Part shown: piece after piece, positions 33,620 through 43,262 of the stretch
How positions within the stretch are numbered: position 1 is the first letter of the stretch
Layout: each line of letters begins with the position of its first letter
NCBI GenBank assembly: GCA_017454745.1
Contig: JAFTCL010000069.1
Location: forward strand, 17,826 to 81,825
Length of the DNA stretch: 64,000 bases
Source: Kiritimatiellia bacterium
GTDB lineage: Bacteria; Verrucomicrobiota; Kiritimatiellia; RFP12; UBA1067
Reading direction: 5' to 3'
Notes under the pieces: model-generated
Told to the model about the DNA's origin: nothing
Seen by the model: only the letters and a program-made list of their open reading frames with translations
Database searches by the model: none
Translations under genes and position numbers: made by a program

Positions 33620-34789
33620 ATGAAAATCACAGACGACATCAAGTACGTCGGGGTCAACGACCACCAAGTGGATTTGTTCGAAGGGCAATTCGAGGTGCCG
33701 CTGGGCATGGCTTACAACTCATACGTGGTGATTGACGACCAAACCACGGTCTTTGACACGGTCGACCGGCATTTTGGCGACGAATGGCTGGACAACATCC
33801 GTAAAACATTGGGCAGCCGCACCCCGGATTATCTAATCGTCCAGCACATGGAACCGGATCACAGCGCCAACATCGAAAAATTCATGGAGGCATTTCCCAA
33901 CGCTAAGCTGGTGGCGTCCGACAAAGCGTTCGCGATGATGCTCAACTTTTTCGGCACCGACTGGAACGACAGGAAGATCGCAGTCAAGGAAGGTTCTACA
34001 CTCAATACCGGTAAACACACTTTCAATTTCATCGCCGCGCCGATGGTTCACTGGCCCGAGGTTATCATGACGTATGACAGTTGCGACAAAGCGCTGTTCT
34101 CGGCGGACGGCTTCGGCAAGTTCGGCGCTAAGGACGTCGAGGATCCCGAAGGCTGGGATTGCGAGGCGCGCCGTTACTACTTCGGCATTGTCGGCAAGTA
34201 CGGGGCGCAAGTCCAAGCGGTTTTGAAGAAGGCAGCCGGGCTGGAAATTAAGCTGATTCTGCCGTTGCACGGGCCCATCCACGACACCCCGGAAACGATC
34301 GGCCACGTAATCAAACAATACAGCACCTGGTCCGCCTATGACGTAGAGACCGACGGCGTATGTATCGCCTACACCTCGGTTTACGGCCACACTAAAGCCG
34401 CGGTCGAAAAGCTCGCCGAACTGCTTAAGGCCCGCGGTTGCCCCAAAGTCGCCGTTGCCGACCTTGCCCGCGACGATATGTTTGAGACAATAGAGGACGG
34501 TTTCCGTTATGGAAAGCTCGTGCTTGCCACCACCACCTATAACGGCGACATTTTCCCGTTCATGCGCACCTACATCACCCATCTGCTGGAGCGCAACTAC
34601 CAGAAGCGCACCATCGGACTGATTGAAAACGGCAGTTGGGTGCCCACTGCGGCCAAAGTCATGAAAGCCATGTTCGAGAAGTCCAAAAACATCGCTTTCT
34701 GCGAAAACACCGTCACCATCAAATCGGCGCTAAACGAACAATCGCTGCAACAGCTTGCCGCGCTGGCGGACGAACTTTGCCGCGGTTGA
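33620..34789 (+). CDS. fprA: FprA-family flavodiiron protein (metallo-beta-lactamase-like di-iron domain plus flavodoxin-like domain)
   Basis: Di-iron motif VQHMEPDHSAN (H-x-E-x-D-H). C-terminal flavodoxin-like domain beginning CIAYTSVYGHTKAAVEKLAELL. About 389 aa, typical for class A FDPs. Confidence 0.85.
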   Translation: MKITDDIKYVGVNDHQVDLFEGQFEVPLGMAYNSYVVIDDQTTVFDTVDRHFGDEWLDNIRKTLGSRTPDYLIVQHMEPDHSANIEKFMEAFPNAKLVASDKAFAMMLNFFGTDWNDRKIAVKEGSTLNTGKHTFNFIAAPMVHWPEVIMTYDSCDKALFSADGFGKFGAKDVEDPEGWDCEARRYYFGIVGKYGAQVQAVLKKAAGLEIKLILPLHGPIHDTPETIGHVIKQYSTWSAYDVETDGVCIAYTSVYGHTKAAVEKLAELLKARGCPKVAVADLARDDMFETIEDGFRYGKLVLATTTYNGDIFPFMRTYITHLLERNYQKRTIGLIENGSWVPTAAKVMKAMFEKSKNIAFCENTVTIKSALNEQSLQQLAALADELCRG

Positions 34790-34835
34790 AATTAAATCCA
34801 TTCCCAAATGGCGGGCGCCGCATAGGATAATCGCC

Positions 34836-35978
34836 GTGTTTTTTATTGTCATACTTCTTTTTTCCCTCTTGGTGTGGGCCGGACTTGAAATCGCTTTGGT
34901 GCGCCATCTGGGACTTAAGCTGTGGCAACGTCTGGCAGTAGATGCGTTGCTTTTGCTTGCGACGCAGAAATTCTGGGTTTACTTTTTTGTCGGCGGAAAC
35001 TTTTTCCTGCCGGAAATCCCGGTACTCATGTATCGAATCACGGGATGGGTGTGCGCCGGATGCGAGATGCTGTTCGGATTGGTGGTGCTGTTCCGGATTG
35101 TCAACTTTCGCAAACCCAGGGCGGAATATGTGCCAAGATTGCGCCGCGCCACGCTCTGGATGGTTTTGACGGCGGCGCTCGTTTCCGCCTACGGGATTTA
35201 CGAGGGAGCGCGTGTTCCCCGGATAAAACGGGTCAACATCCAATTCCCCGACCTGCCGGAAGCGTTCAACGGTTACCGGATCGCGATGCTCACCGACATC
35301 CATTGCGGCGCGGCGGCCAAGCGCTCGCGCACGGAAAAAATCGTCCGCGCAACGAATCTCCTTAACGCCGACGCGATATGCCTTACCGGAGATTTGGTGG
35401 ACGGACTGCCGAACAAATACCGTAGCGAACTGGAACCGTTGCGGGATTTGACAGCCAAGGACGGGGTGTTCGGCTGTACCGGAAACCATGAATATTACTC
35501 AAAATACCAACTCTGGCGGCCGATCTGGATTAACGAATGGCACATCCGCATGCTGGACGGCGAAAGCGCGGAGATTCGTCGCGGCGACGACACGCTGGCA
35601 ATCGGCGGCGTTTGCGACGAAGCCGGCACCACAGCCCCGCCTGCGGCCCGTTGGTCCGCCCCGGACGTAAACGCGGCGTTTGCCAAAGCCAATCCATCCG
35701 CATTCAAGATTCTGTTGCGCCACCGCCCAACCGGATTGGAAGAAGCGGACAAGGCGGGAGTGAGATTGCAATTGTCCGGGCACACCCACGGTGGAGCGAT
35801 CATCGGGTTTGACCTGCTGGTGCGGGAAATCAACGACCACCATGTGCGAGGTCTATACCGTAACGGCGACACCCGGCTCTACCTATCTGCCGGCAGCGGA
35901 CAGTGGGGCGGTTTCCCGTTACGGCTCGGCGTGCCATCCGAAATCACAGAAATCACCTTGGTAAGAAACGCTCCCTGA
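34836..35978 (+). CDS. Membrane-anchored metallophosphoesterase (YkuE/YaeI-like)
   Basis: N-terminal TM helices, then LTDIHCG, TGDLVDG, GNHEYY and SGHTHGG. The ORF is open from TTG 34755 (inside fprA). I prefer GTG 34836 (AGGA 8 nt upstream), but the start is uncertain. Confidence 0.75.
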   Translation: MFFIVILLFSLLVWAGLEIALVRHLGLKLWQRLAVDALLLLATQKFWVYFFVGGNFFLPEIPVLMYRITGWVCAGCEMLFGLVVLFRIVNFRKPRAEYVPRLRRATLWMVLTAALVSAYGIYEGARVPRIKRVNIQFPDLPEAFNGYRIAMLTDIHCGAAAKRSRTEKIVRATNLLNADAICLTGDLVDGLPNKYRSELEPLRDLTAKDGVFGCTGNHEYYSKYQLWRPIWINEWHIRMLDGESAEIRRGDDTLAIGGVCDEAGTTAPPAARWSAPDVNAAFAKANPSAFKILLRHRPTGLEEADKAGVRLQLSGHTHGGAIIGFDLLVREINDHHVRGLYRNGDTRLYLSAGSGQWGGFPLRLGVPSEITEITLVRNAP

Positions 35979-36006
35979 CCGTTTCGCGAAACATTTGCCG
36001 AGATAC

Positions 36007-37233
36007 TTATTCGTAGCGGAGACAGTCGATCGGGTTGAGCCGCGAAGCGCGTAACGCGGGATAAAAACCGAAAAACACCCCGACCATCGCGCTGAACAGG
36101 AACGACACCAGCACCGACGAGGTGGTAATCAAAATCGGCCAGTTTTGAAGATTTCCGACGGTTTTTGCCCCTACCACCCCTACCGCGACGCCGATCAACC
36201 CGCCGACAGTGGAAAGCACCATCGATTCCGCGATGAATTGCAGCAGAATGTCGCTGGGAGTCGCCCCGATTGCCATACGCAACCCGATTTCACGGGTACG
36301 CTCCGTTACCGACACCAGCATGATGTTCATGATGCCGATACCTCCCACCACCAGCGAAATTGACGCCACCGTGGTCAGCAGAATGGTCATCAGCTTACTG
36401 ACGCTACCGATCGTGTTGCTGATTTCCGTGGTATCGATCAGGTTGACGTCCGGATCCCCGGACGGCCTTATCTTGTGGCGCTGCTTGATCAACGCCTCGA
36501 TCTCTTTCTTGGCAGCGTCCATGTCGTCCAACGAATACAATGAGACGTTAAGCATGTTGACGTTGTTGAATTTGGATTTCTGCAGCACCCGCTTTACCGT
36601 GGTATATGGCGCAAGAATCACGTCGTCCTGGTCTTGCCCCATCGCATTACTGCCCTTGTGCTCCATTACCCCCAGCACCTTAAACGGCATATTCTTGATG
36701 CGGATCACCTTGCCAATCGGGTCGCCATCTCCAAACAAATTCTCAACCACGGTGGTACCGAGAATACAGACGCGCGAACCGATACGCTGCTCCGTGTCCG
36801 AGAAAAAGATCCCCTGCCCTATATTCCAGTTGCGCACCGTAGGATAATCTACCGAAACCCCTTGGACCTGCGTTGCCCAGTTTTTCTCCTGGTAAATAAT
36901 CTGCCCGCTGGTACGCACCATCGGGGACACCGCCTTGACATAGTGGGATATGTCTTTGGTAATGGCGATGCCGTCATCTGCTGTAAGGGTCTGGAAACCG
37001 CCCGATCCGGAACGCACCCCGCCCATATTGCGGCTGGCGGGAAAAACCATAATCAGGTTGCTGCCCATGTTGTTGATCTCATTGACCATCATGGTCGACG
37101 CCCCCTGCCCGATCGACACCACCGCGATTACCGCCGCGATGCCGACAATGATTCCCAGCGCGGTTAACAGCGAACGGGTTTTGTTGCGGGCGATCGCCCG
37201 AAGCGCCACCTTAAAAATCATCCACAAATTCAT
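36007..37233 (-). CDS. MacB/FtsX-type ABC transporter permease
   Basis: N-terminal TM helix, a roughly 220-aa periplasmic domain (MacB_PCD-like), and a C-terminal 3-TM FtsX domain (ISLVVGGIGIMNIMLVSVTERTREIGLRMAIGA). Confidence 0.85.
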   Translation of the reverse strand: MNLWMIFKVALRAIARNKTRSLLTALGIIVGIAAVIAVVSIGQGASTMMVNEINNMGSNLIMVFPASRNMGGVRSGSGGFQTLTADDGIAITKDISHYVKAVSPMVRTSGQIIYQEKNWATQVQGVSVDYPTVRNWNIGQGIFFSDTEQRIGSRVCILGTTVVENLFGDGDPIGKVIRIKNMPFKVLGVMEHKGSNAMGQDQDDVILAPYTTVKRVLQKSKFNNVNMLNVSLYSLDDMDAAKKEIEALIKQRHKIRPSGDPDVNLIDTTEISNTIGSVSKLMTILLTTVASISLVVGGIGIMNIMLVSVTERTREIGLRMAIGATPSDILLQFIAESMVLSTVGGLIGVAVGVVGAKTVGNLQNWPILITTSSVLVSFLFSAMVGVFFGFYPALRASRLNPIDCLRYE

Positions 37234-37245
37234 GTGAACAGTCTC

Positions 37246-37917
37246 CTACTGGCTGACGATCAACCCATCACGAACCACGATCCGACGTTTAGCGTACGCA
37301 GCGATATCATCTTCGTGGGTGACCATAACCACCGTAATGCCTTCTTTGTTCAACTCGGTAAACAGCTTCATGATTTCCACGCTCGACTTGGTGTCAAGGT
37401 TACCGGTCGGCTCATCAGCCAACAGCACCGGAGGGTCGTTCATCAACGCCCGCGCGATCGCCACGCGTTGCTGCTGTCCGCCGGAAAGCTGTGCCGGGGT
37501 GTGGTGCACCCGCTCTCCCAATCCGACCCGTTCCAACAGCTCCATCGCCCGCGCTGCACGCTTCTGTTTCTGATATTTCGGATGGTAGAAGGTCGGCAAC
37601 TCAACATTCTCTAGAGCGCTGGTGCGGGCCAAGAGATTAAAGTTCTGGAATACAAACCCCAGCTTCTGGTTGCGGACATGAGCCAACTCAGACTTGGTCA
37701 TCCCGCTCACCTGTATCCCGTCCAATTTGTACGAACCCGACGTCGGCACGTCCAAACAACCCAGAATGTTCAACAACGTGCTTTTGCCGGAACCGGACGC
37801 GCCCATGATGGCGACGAACTCTCCGTTATCAATGTTTAACGACACCCCGGCAAGCGCGTTGACCGTCACGTCACCGATGGTGTAGGTTTTCATCAAATCT
37901 TTGACTTCAATTAGCAT
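37246..37917 (-). CDS. ABC transporter ATP-binding protein (MacB/LolD-like)
   Basis: Walker A GASGSGKST, Q-loop, signature LSGGQQQRVAIARAL, Walker B PPVLLADEPTGNLD. I prefer ATG 37917 over the TTG at 37926. Confidence 0.9.
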   Translation of the reverse strand: MLIEVKDLMKTYTIGDVTVNALAGVSLNIDNGEFVAIMGASGSGKSTLLNILGCLDVPTSGSYKLDGIQVSGMTKSELAHVRNQKLGFVFQNFNLLARTSALENVELPTFYHPKYQKQKRAARAMELLERVGLGERVHHTPAQLSGGQQQRVAIARALMNDPPVLLADEPTGNLDTKSSVEIMKLFTELNKEGITVVMVTHEDDIAAYAKRRIVVRDGLIVSQ

Positions 37918-37979
37918 GGTTTGCAACCCTTCATTGGGTTAAACATTAAACAGCTGCTAAAAATTGCCGCAAAAAACAA

Positions 37980-38951
37980 TCACTCGCACATTTCCTTGAC
38001 CGCGGCTTTAATGTCGGCCACGGAAGGAATCAAGGTCAGTTCCAACGGTTTGCTGGCCGGGAACGGCAAGTCTGGCGAGGTAATGCGGCGCACCGGCGCC
38101 TCCAGATAATCTTGAGCGCCTTCGGCGATCCTGGCCGCGATCTCCGCCGAGAAACCGCCGGTAAGCGGACCCTCCTCCACCACGATTGCCCGACCGGTGT
38201 GTGTTACCGATTCCAGCACGGTGTCCATATCGAGCGGGCTGAGCGAGCAAAGATCAATCACCTCCACGCTGTAGCCGTCATTAGCCAACTCCGCCGCCGC
38301 CCGGCGCGCCAAGATAGTCATGTACGACCAGGCGACAATGGTGATGTCGTCACCCTCAGTCACCCTTTTTGCGAACCCGATCGGCTGCGGCGGAGGCAAT
38401 TCGTCGGGCATCTCGAACCGCAACGGATAAAGCAGCTTGTGTTCCAAAAAGATCACCGGGTTATCGTCGTGGATGGAAGCCTGCAACAGCGCAGATGCGT
38501 CCAAAGCGTTTGACGGCGCGACGACTTTGATGCCGGGAGTACCCAAAAACAACCGCTCCAGCGACTGCGAATGCGTAGCGCCGTAACCGCGCCCCGCCCC
38601 AGGCGGAGTACGCAATACCATCGGGCACTTCTGTCCGTAAATCGGATGGAGCTTTGCCGCCAGATTGACCATCTGGTCAACCGCCAAAGTAATGAAATCC
38701 ATAAACATGATTTCCATTACCGGACGCAACCCGGCCACCGCCGCCCCAATGGCGATGCCGGTTATGGCCTGCTCGGAAATCGGCGTGTTGCGGATACGCT
38801 CCGGGCCGAACTCGTCAATCAAACCGCGGGTCACGCCAAACGCGCCGCCGTAAACCCCGATATCCTCGCCCAACAGAAAAACCGACTCGTCATTGCGCAA
38901 CTCCTGCGCCAAGGTCTCGCGAATCGCCTGGGTAAAAGTGATGTTTCTCAT
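37980..38951 (-). CDS. 2-oxoacid (pyruvate/acetoin-type) dehydrogenase E1 component beta subunit
   Basis: Transketolase-like pyrimidine-binding and C-terminal domains: EDIGVYGGAFGVTRGL, NTPISEQAITGIAIGAAVAGLRPV, RTPPGAGRGYGATHSQS. Confidence 0.85.
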   Translation of the reverse strand: MRNITFTQAIRETLAQELRNDESVFLLGEDIGVYGGAFGVTRGLIDEFGPERIRNTPISEQAITGIAIGAAVAGLRPVMEIMFMDFITLAVDQMVNLAAKLHPIYGQKCPMVLRTPPGAGRGYGATHSQSLERLFLGTPGIKVVAPSNALDASALLQASIHDDNPVIFLEHKLLYPLRFEMPDELPPPQPIGFAKRVTEGDDITIVAWSYMTILARRAAAELANDGYSVEVIDLCSLSPLDMDTVLESVTHTGRAIVVEEGPLTGGFSAEIAARIAEGAQDYLEAPVRRITSPDLPFPASKPLELTLIPSVADIKAAVKEMCE

Positions 38952-38980
38952 GGTATCCTCGGTATAACAAAAATCATAAA

Positions 38981-39928
38981 CTAAGCGAACAGCCGCGTTT
39001 TGAAACGCGCGGCATCGGCTGACGGGGAATTCTCGGCGAACTCAACACAGCGGTTGATAACGGCCTCCGCCTCGGATTTTGTCTGTTCCAACTGCTCCGG
39101 CGTGGCTTCACCGCGGGCCAGCAACAGCTTTTCCAAATTGGCGATGGGGTCGTTCTTTTTGGCCTCGTTCTCCTCTTCGCGGGTCCGGTAAACCCTGGGA
39201 TCACCCTTTGAATGGCCGGAAAACCGATAGGTCAAAACCTCCAGCAATGCCGGTCCGTTGCCCGCCCGCGCGGACTCGACCAATTCCGAAACTGCGGCGC
39301 AAAGTCCTTCGACATCGTTGCCGTCAGTACGTTTGCCCGGAATTCCGTAGGCTGCCGCCCGGTCGCAAACCACCGGGTTGGCCAATCCCACGGCGATCGG
39401 GGTGGACATGGCGTAGCGGTTGTTTTCCACAATATAGACCACTGGCAGTTTCCACAGTGCGGCAAGGTTGATTGCTTCGTGGAACATTCCCTCGTTAGAG
39501 GCGCCGTCGCCCAGAATACACGCCACCACGCGACCGGTTTTACGGACTTTCGCCTCCATTGCCAAACCCGCCGCGAACGCCATACTGCCGGCGGTGATTC
39601 CGTTCGCGCCGTAAAAACCGATTTCCGGAGCCATCATCATTTGGCTGCCGCCGTATCCGTGGGAATAACCGGTATCGCGCCCGAAAAGCTCGGCCATCAC
39701 CCGGGCCGGATCCGCCCCGCGCGCTATAAAATGGCCGTGCCCGCGGTGGGTTGAGGTCATCGCGTCCTGCGGTTTCAACGCGGCGGCAATGCCTACCGCC
39801 ACCCCCTCCTGCCCCACGCAGGTGTGCGCCGTACCCATGATGCGCCCTTCAAGGAAGAATTTCTCGATGGTCTCCTCAAAGAGCCGGATGATCCGCATTG
39901 TGGTCAAATCCGCCAAGGTTGCTTTCAT
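38981..39928 (-). CDS. 2-oxoacid dehydrogenase E1 component alpha subunit (TPP-dependent)
   Basis: TPP-binding fold with GDGASNEGMFHEAINLAALWKLPVVYIVENNRYAMST. Paired with the beta subunit 29 nt downstream. Confidence 0.85.
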   Translation of the reverse strand: MKATLADLTTMRIIRLFEETIEKFFLEGRIMGTAHTCVGQEGVAVGIAAALKPQDAMTSTHRGHGHFIARGADPARVMAELFGRDTGYSHGYGGSQMMMAPEIGFYGANGITAGSMAFAAGLAMEAKVRKTGRVVACILGDGASNEGMFHEAINLAALWKLPVVYIVENNRYAMSTPIAVGLANPVVCDRAAAYGIPGKRTDGNDVEGLCAAVSELVESARAGNGPALLEVLTYRFSGHSKGDPRVYRTREEENEAKKNDPIANLEKLLLARGEATPEQLEQTKSEAEAVINRCVEFAENSPSADAARFKTRLFA

Positions 39929-39949
39929 AATCGTCTCTCCCCTCTCTGA

Positions 39950-42900
39950 TCAAAACGCCCGGTTAACGCGAAACCGGTAACTTCCGGACTGTAATCTAAA
40001 GTTACTCACGCCATCGGCGTTACCCAAATTCAATACCCCGGCGGCTTGCTTGACCGGAAGCAACGACTCGGTCACCGGGCCGTATTCGGAATTTGGAAGC
40101 GCCAGAGCGGCCTCGGTGTTCACCGGAACCTGCACTTCCACTTCCATGCCGCCATTGTCGCGCCGCCAGAGGCATCGGCACTCGCCGCGAACGGTTTGCA
40201 AAACGCAATCGGCAAAATCCAGCCCCGGCATGAATACGGGTTTGAAAGCTATCTCGCGGTAACCGGGCTGCGCTGGCGTAATGCCGCAAATCCGGGTGGA
40301 AAAATGCGCCGCCACCCCGGAGAACATCGCATGGTTGTGCGAATTCATACCGCCCCGGAAGGTCCACTGCTCCCACAACGTGGTGGCCCCGTTGGAACGC
40401 ATAAAACGAAAACCGGGATACTGCGGTTGACGGAGCATTTGGAACAAGATATCGGACCGGCCGATATCGCACAAAACTTGCGGCAGATACAACGTGCCGA
40501 ATATCCCGGTGTCCATGCGATAACGGTCGCGTTTAATAATAGTGTCGGCCAACTGTGCGGCAACTGCGGCGATGTCGCCGTCTGGAACAATGCCGAAAGC
40601 CAGCGGCAAAGCGCTCGTGGTTTGCGAACCGTCGCCGTAGGTATGGCGTTCGGGATGGTAGAAATGCGCGTTGAAGGCTTTGATCGCGGCCTCCAGATGG
40701 ACTTTGAATTTCTCACTTTCACCGGTTTTACCTAACACGCAGGCCGCATTTCGCATAACGGTCAGGCATTGGATGTTCAGCGCGGAATTAACCAACCGGT
40801 AGTCGGCGTGATAACCTTCCCATGTCCCGTCGTTAGGCGCGCACCAATCGCCAAACCCATCCTTGCAAATGTAGTCAGGAAAACGTTTCAACACCGATTC
40901 GACCTGTTTGGACATCGCGTCATACCAGCGTTCCAGAAAACGCCGATCGCCGTACTCGCGGTACAGCCGCCACGGCAAGGTAACCGCGTCGCCGTTCCAA
41001 TCCGGATTACCGGTACCTCCAGCGATATCCATCATCCATTTGTTATAGTATTTCGGCATCCAGAAATACATTAAGGCGGCATCTTCGTAAGCCTGGGAAT
41101 CCATCTGGCACGGGGTGCGCTCGTCGCGCATCGGGCAATCGGTCGGAATGCCTTGAAGATTGCTCAACATCGACCAAGTGGCGGCGTTCATTATCCAGTT
41201 CAGCTGGTCGTCTGAACAGTAAAAACGCCCGGCGCGTTCCAAATCGGCGTGGACCGCGCATTGCGCCAAATCGTCCGGCGTTGGCTTGCCGGGATAACCG
41301 GTGATCTCGGCGTAACGAAAACCGTGATAGGTGAAACGCGGTTCGTAGCTTTCCCATTCGCCGGTCCCGGCCAGAATGAAGGTGTCGGTGGATTTTGCGC
41401 CGCGGTTTGTCCACGGATCGATCATTCCGTCTTTGCCCAGCAGTTCGCTGTGCCGCAACACGATCCTGGCGCCCTTTGGACCTTTTGCGCGCACCCGAAC
41501 CCATCCGGCGCAATTTTGTCCGAAATCCGCCACGAACACACCGGGACGGGGTTCGGTTATTAGCAACGGCGGGCGGGTCTCGACCACCCGGCAGGGCGGA
41601 GCTTCGGCGGGCAGCAAAACGCCCGCCGACTCGCCAAGCGCGACCGGTTTCCAGCCATCGCCCGCTTTGCCAGGACGCGACCATTCCGGCGAGTCCTGCG
41701 CGGCATCATAAACCTCGCCGTGGTACAAACTGGCGTAAGACAGCGGGCTATCCTCGCGGTACTGCCACGAATTGTCGGTAACCACGGCATCGCGGCTTCC
41801 GTCAGCGTAGTTGACCAACAAATGGGCAATCGCGCATTTAGTTTTGGTCCACTTCCATCCCCAACGGCTGTAATCGTCGGAATATCCGGGGGCCAGCCAG
41901 ATACCAAGCGCGTTGTCTTCACCGCGCCGCAATGCGTCGGTGACTTCCAACGAATCGAAAAACACCTGACGCCCATACACGGTGTTTGCCGGGGCTGTCA
42001 CCCGGTTACCGATCTTTTTTCCGTTGACGTACAATTCGTAAAAGCCCAATCCGCATACCGAAACAAAAGCATCGCGTATCGGCTTGTCGGCCAAACGGAA
42101 AACCTTGCGCAGCCGCGGGCAATTTTTCGCCACCTCGCCGCCCAGCATGCAACTGCGCTCGTTCAACACCAACTGGCCCTTCTCCAATTTTGCGGAATCA
42201 AAATGGCACTGTTCCGGTCGATCGAAAGTGTCATGCAGCAGCACCTTACCGTCCAGCGAAGTGATTTTAAGTTCGTCAACCAAAGCCGCCTCGCCGCCGG
42301 TCAACCGGAAACCGACCGTACCGGACAGGAAATCGGAACTGTCTCGTTCGTCGATCGTCTTGCCATCGATGGCGGTCCGGATTTTTTTTCCGCGAAGTTC
42401 GATGTCCATCGTGTGCGGACCGTAAGGGTCAAACTGGCCACCGCCCATTTTTGATTCCAACGGAATATCGCCAAGAAAATTCCACTGGCCGTTTTTGCAT
42501 AGGTGCGGACGAAACATCGGCTTGCCGGAAACTTTCATATTGTACTGCCATACATAGCAGTTCCGCTCGTCCTTCGCGCGGAAAAAAACGCCGAAAGCGT
42601 CGTGTTTCAAAGTGAAGCGCACGGAAATGCGGCAATCGCCATAAGTGTACCGGTCCGTATGCGGCACCGTTACCCAATTGGCTCCGGACCAATCATCCGG
42701 CGACAATATGGCGATCCTGAACCGGCACGGTTTCGACCACGGAGAAAATTTACCTTTCGCGTCCGCCACCCGCAATCTGGCGAATGCGACCGTTCCCGGC
42801 TCCAGTTTCTTGCCGGCGTAAACCAAACTAGGCTCACTGTCCTGCCGGGCACATTGCCAGAGCAAAGCTTCGGTTTTACCGAAATCGTTCTCGCTTTTCG

Positions 42901-43123
42901 CCACCTCAAACTCATACCCTGCCTGACGCTGGCCGCGCACCGCGACATCGCTTTCGCGCAATGTCCAAGTGAAACGGGGTGTCGTGGTATTCACACCAAG
43001 CGGTTCGAGTTCATATTCGCAGCGAAGGGAATCCACCGCAAGATCGGCAATAACCGACCCTGCCGCAAACGTGAACAACAATAAAAGCCAATTTTTATGC
43101 ATACGCCCCCAAATTACGCGCAT
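39950..43123 (-). CDS. Alpha-L-rhamnosidase, glycoside hydrolase family 78, with an inserted concanavalin/LamG-like module
   Basis: N-terminal LRCEYELEPLGVNTTTPRFTWTL. GFYELYVNGKKIGNRV (rhamnosidase N-domain). Six-hairpin catalytic region (TDCPMRDERTPCQMDSQ, ...GATTLWEQW). Signal peptide. The start may be ATG 43102 (MHKNW...) rather than 43123. Confidence 0.85.
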   Translation of the reverse strand: MRVIWGRMHKNWLLLLFTFAAGSVIADLAVDSLRCEYELEPLGVNTTTPRFTWTLRESDVAVRGQRQAGYEFEVAKSENDFGKTEALLWQCARQDSEPSLVYAGKKLEPGTVAFARLRVADAKGKFSPWSKPCRFRIAILSPDDWSGANWVTVPHTDRYTYGDCRISVRFTLKHDAFGVFFRAKDERNCYVWQYNMKVSGKPMFRPHLCKNGQWNFLGDIPLESKMGGGQFDPYGPHTMDIELRGKKIRTAIDGKTIDERDSSDFLSGTVGFRLTGGEAALVDELKITSLDGKVLLHDTFDRPEQCHFDSAKLEKGQLVLNERSCMLGGEVAKNCPRLRKVFRLADKPIRDAFVSVCGLGFYELYVNGKKIGNRVTAPANTVYGRQVFFDSLEVTDALRRGEDNALGIWLAPGYSDDYSRWGWKWTKTKCAIAHLLVNYADGSRDAVVTDNSWQYREDSPLSYASLYHGEVYDAAQDSPEWSRPGKAGDGWKPVALGESAGVLLPAEAPPCRVVETRPPLLITEPRPGVFVADFGQNCAGWVRVRAKGPKGARIVLRHSELLGKDGMIDPWTNRGAKSTDTFILAGTGEWESYEPRFTYHGFRYAEITGYPGKPTPDDLAQCAVHADLERAGRFYCSDDQLNWIMNAATWSMLSNLQGIPTDCPMRDERTPCQMDSQAYEDAALMYFWMPKYYNKWMMDIAGGTGNPDWNGDAVTLPWRLYREYGDRRFLERWYDAMSKQVESVLKRFPDYICKDGFGDWCAPNDGTWEGYHADYRLVNSALNIQCLTVMRNAACVLGKTGESEKFKVHLEAAIKAFNAHFYHPERHTYGDGSQTTSALPLAFGIVPDGDIAAVAAQLADTIIKRDRYRMDTGIFGTLYLPQVLCDIGRSDILFQMLRQPQYPGFRFMRSNGATTLWEQWTFRGGMNSHNHAMFSGVAAHFSTRICGITPAQPGYREIAFKPVFMPGLDFADCVLQTVRGECRCLWRRDNGGMEVEVQVPVNTEAALALPNSEYGPVTESLLPVKQAAGVLNLGNADGVSNFRLQSGSYRFRVNRAF

Positions 43124-43262
43124 TCAATACCCCACTGAAGTTGTTTAGTCTATCAAACGGCGGTTTAAAATGCACTACAAAAATGGAGGGTATGCCCAAA
43201 TATTTTGCTGGCTGACGTTCAAAACGCCAACCAGCAAACTTGTCCGACTATTGGTGGGTTTC

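Noticed and set aside
43203-43238. Hairpin TTTTGCTGG...CCAGCAAA downstream of the giant gene as a terminator
   Set aside because: The stem is imperfect with a large loop, and only a weak T-rich tail follows on the minus strand. GH78 may be co-transcribed, so this is not called.
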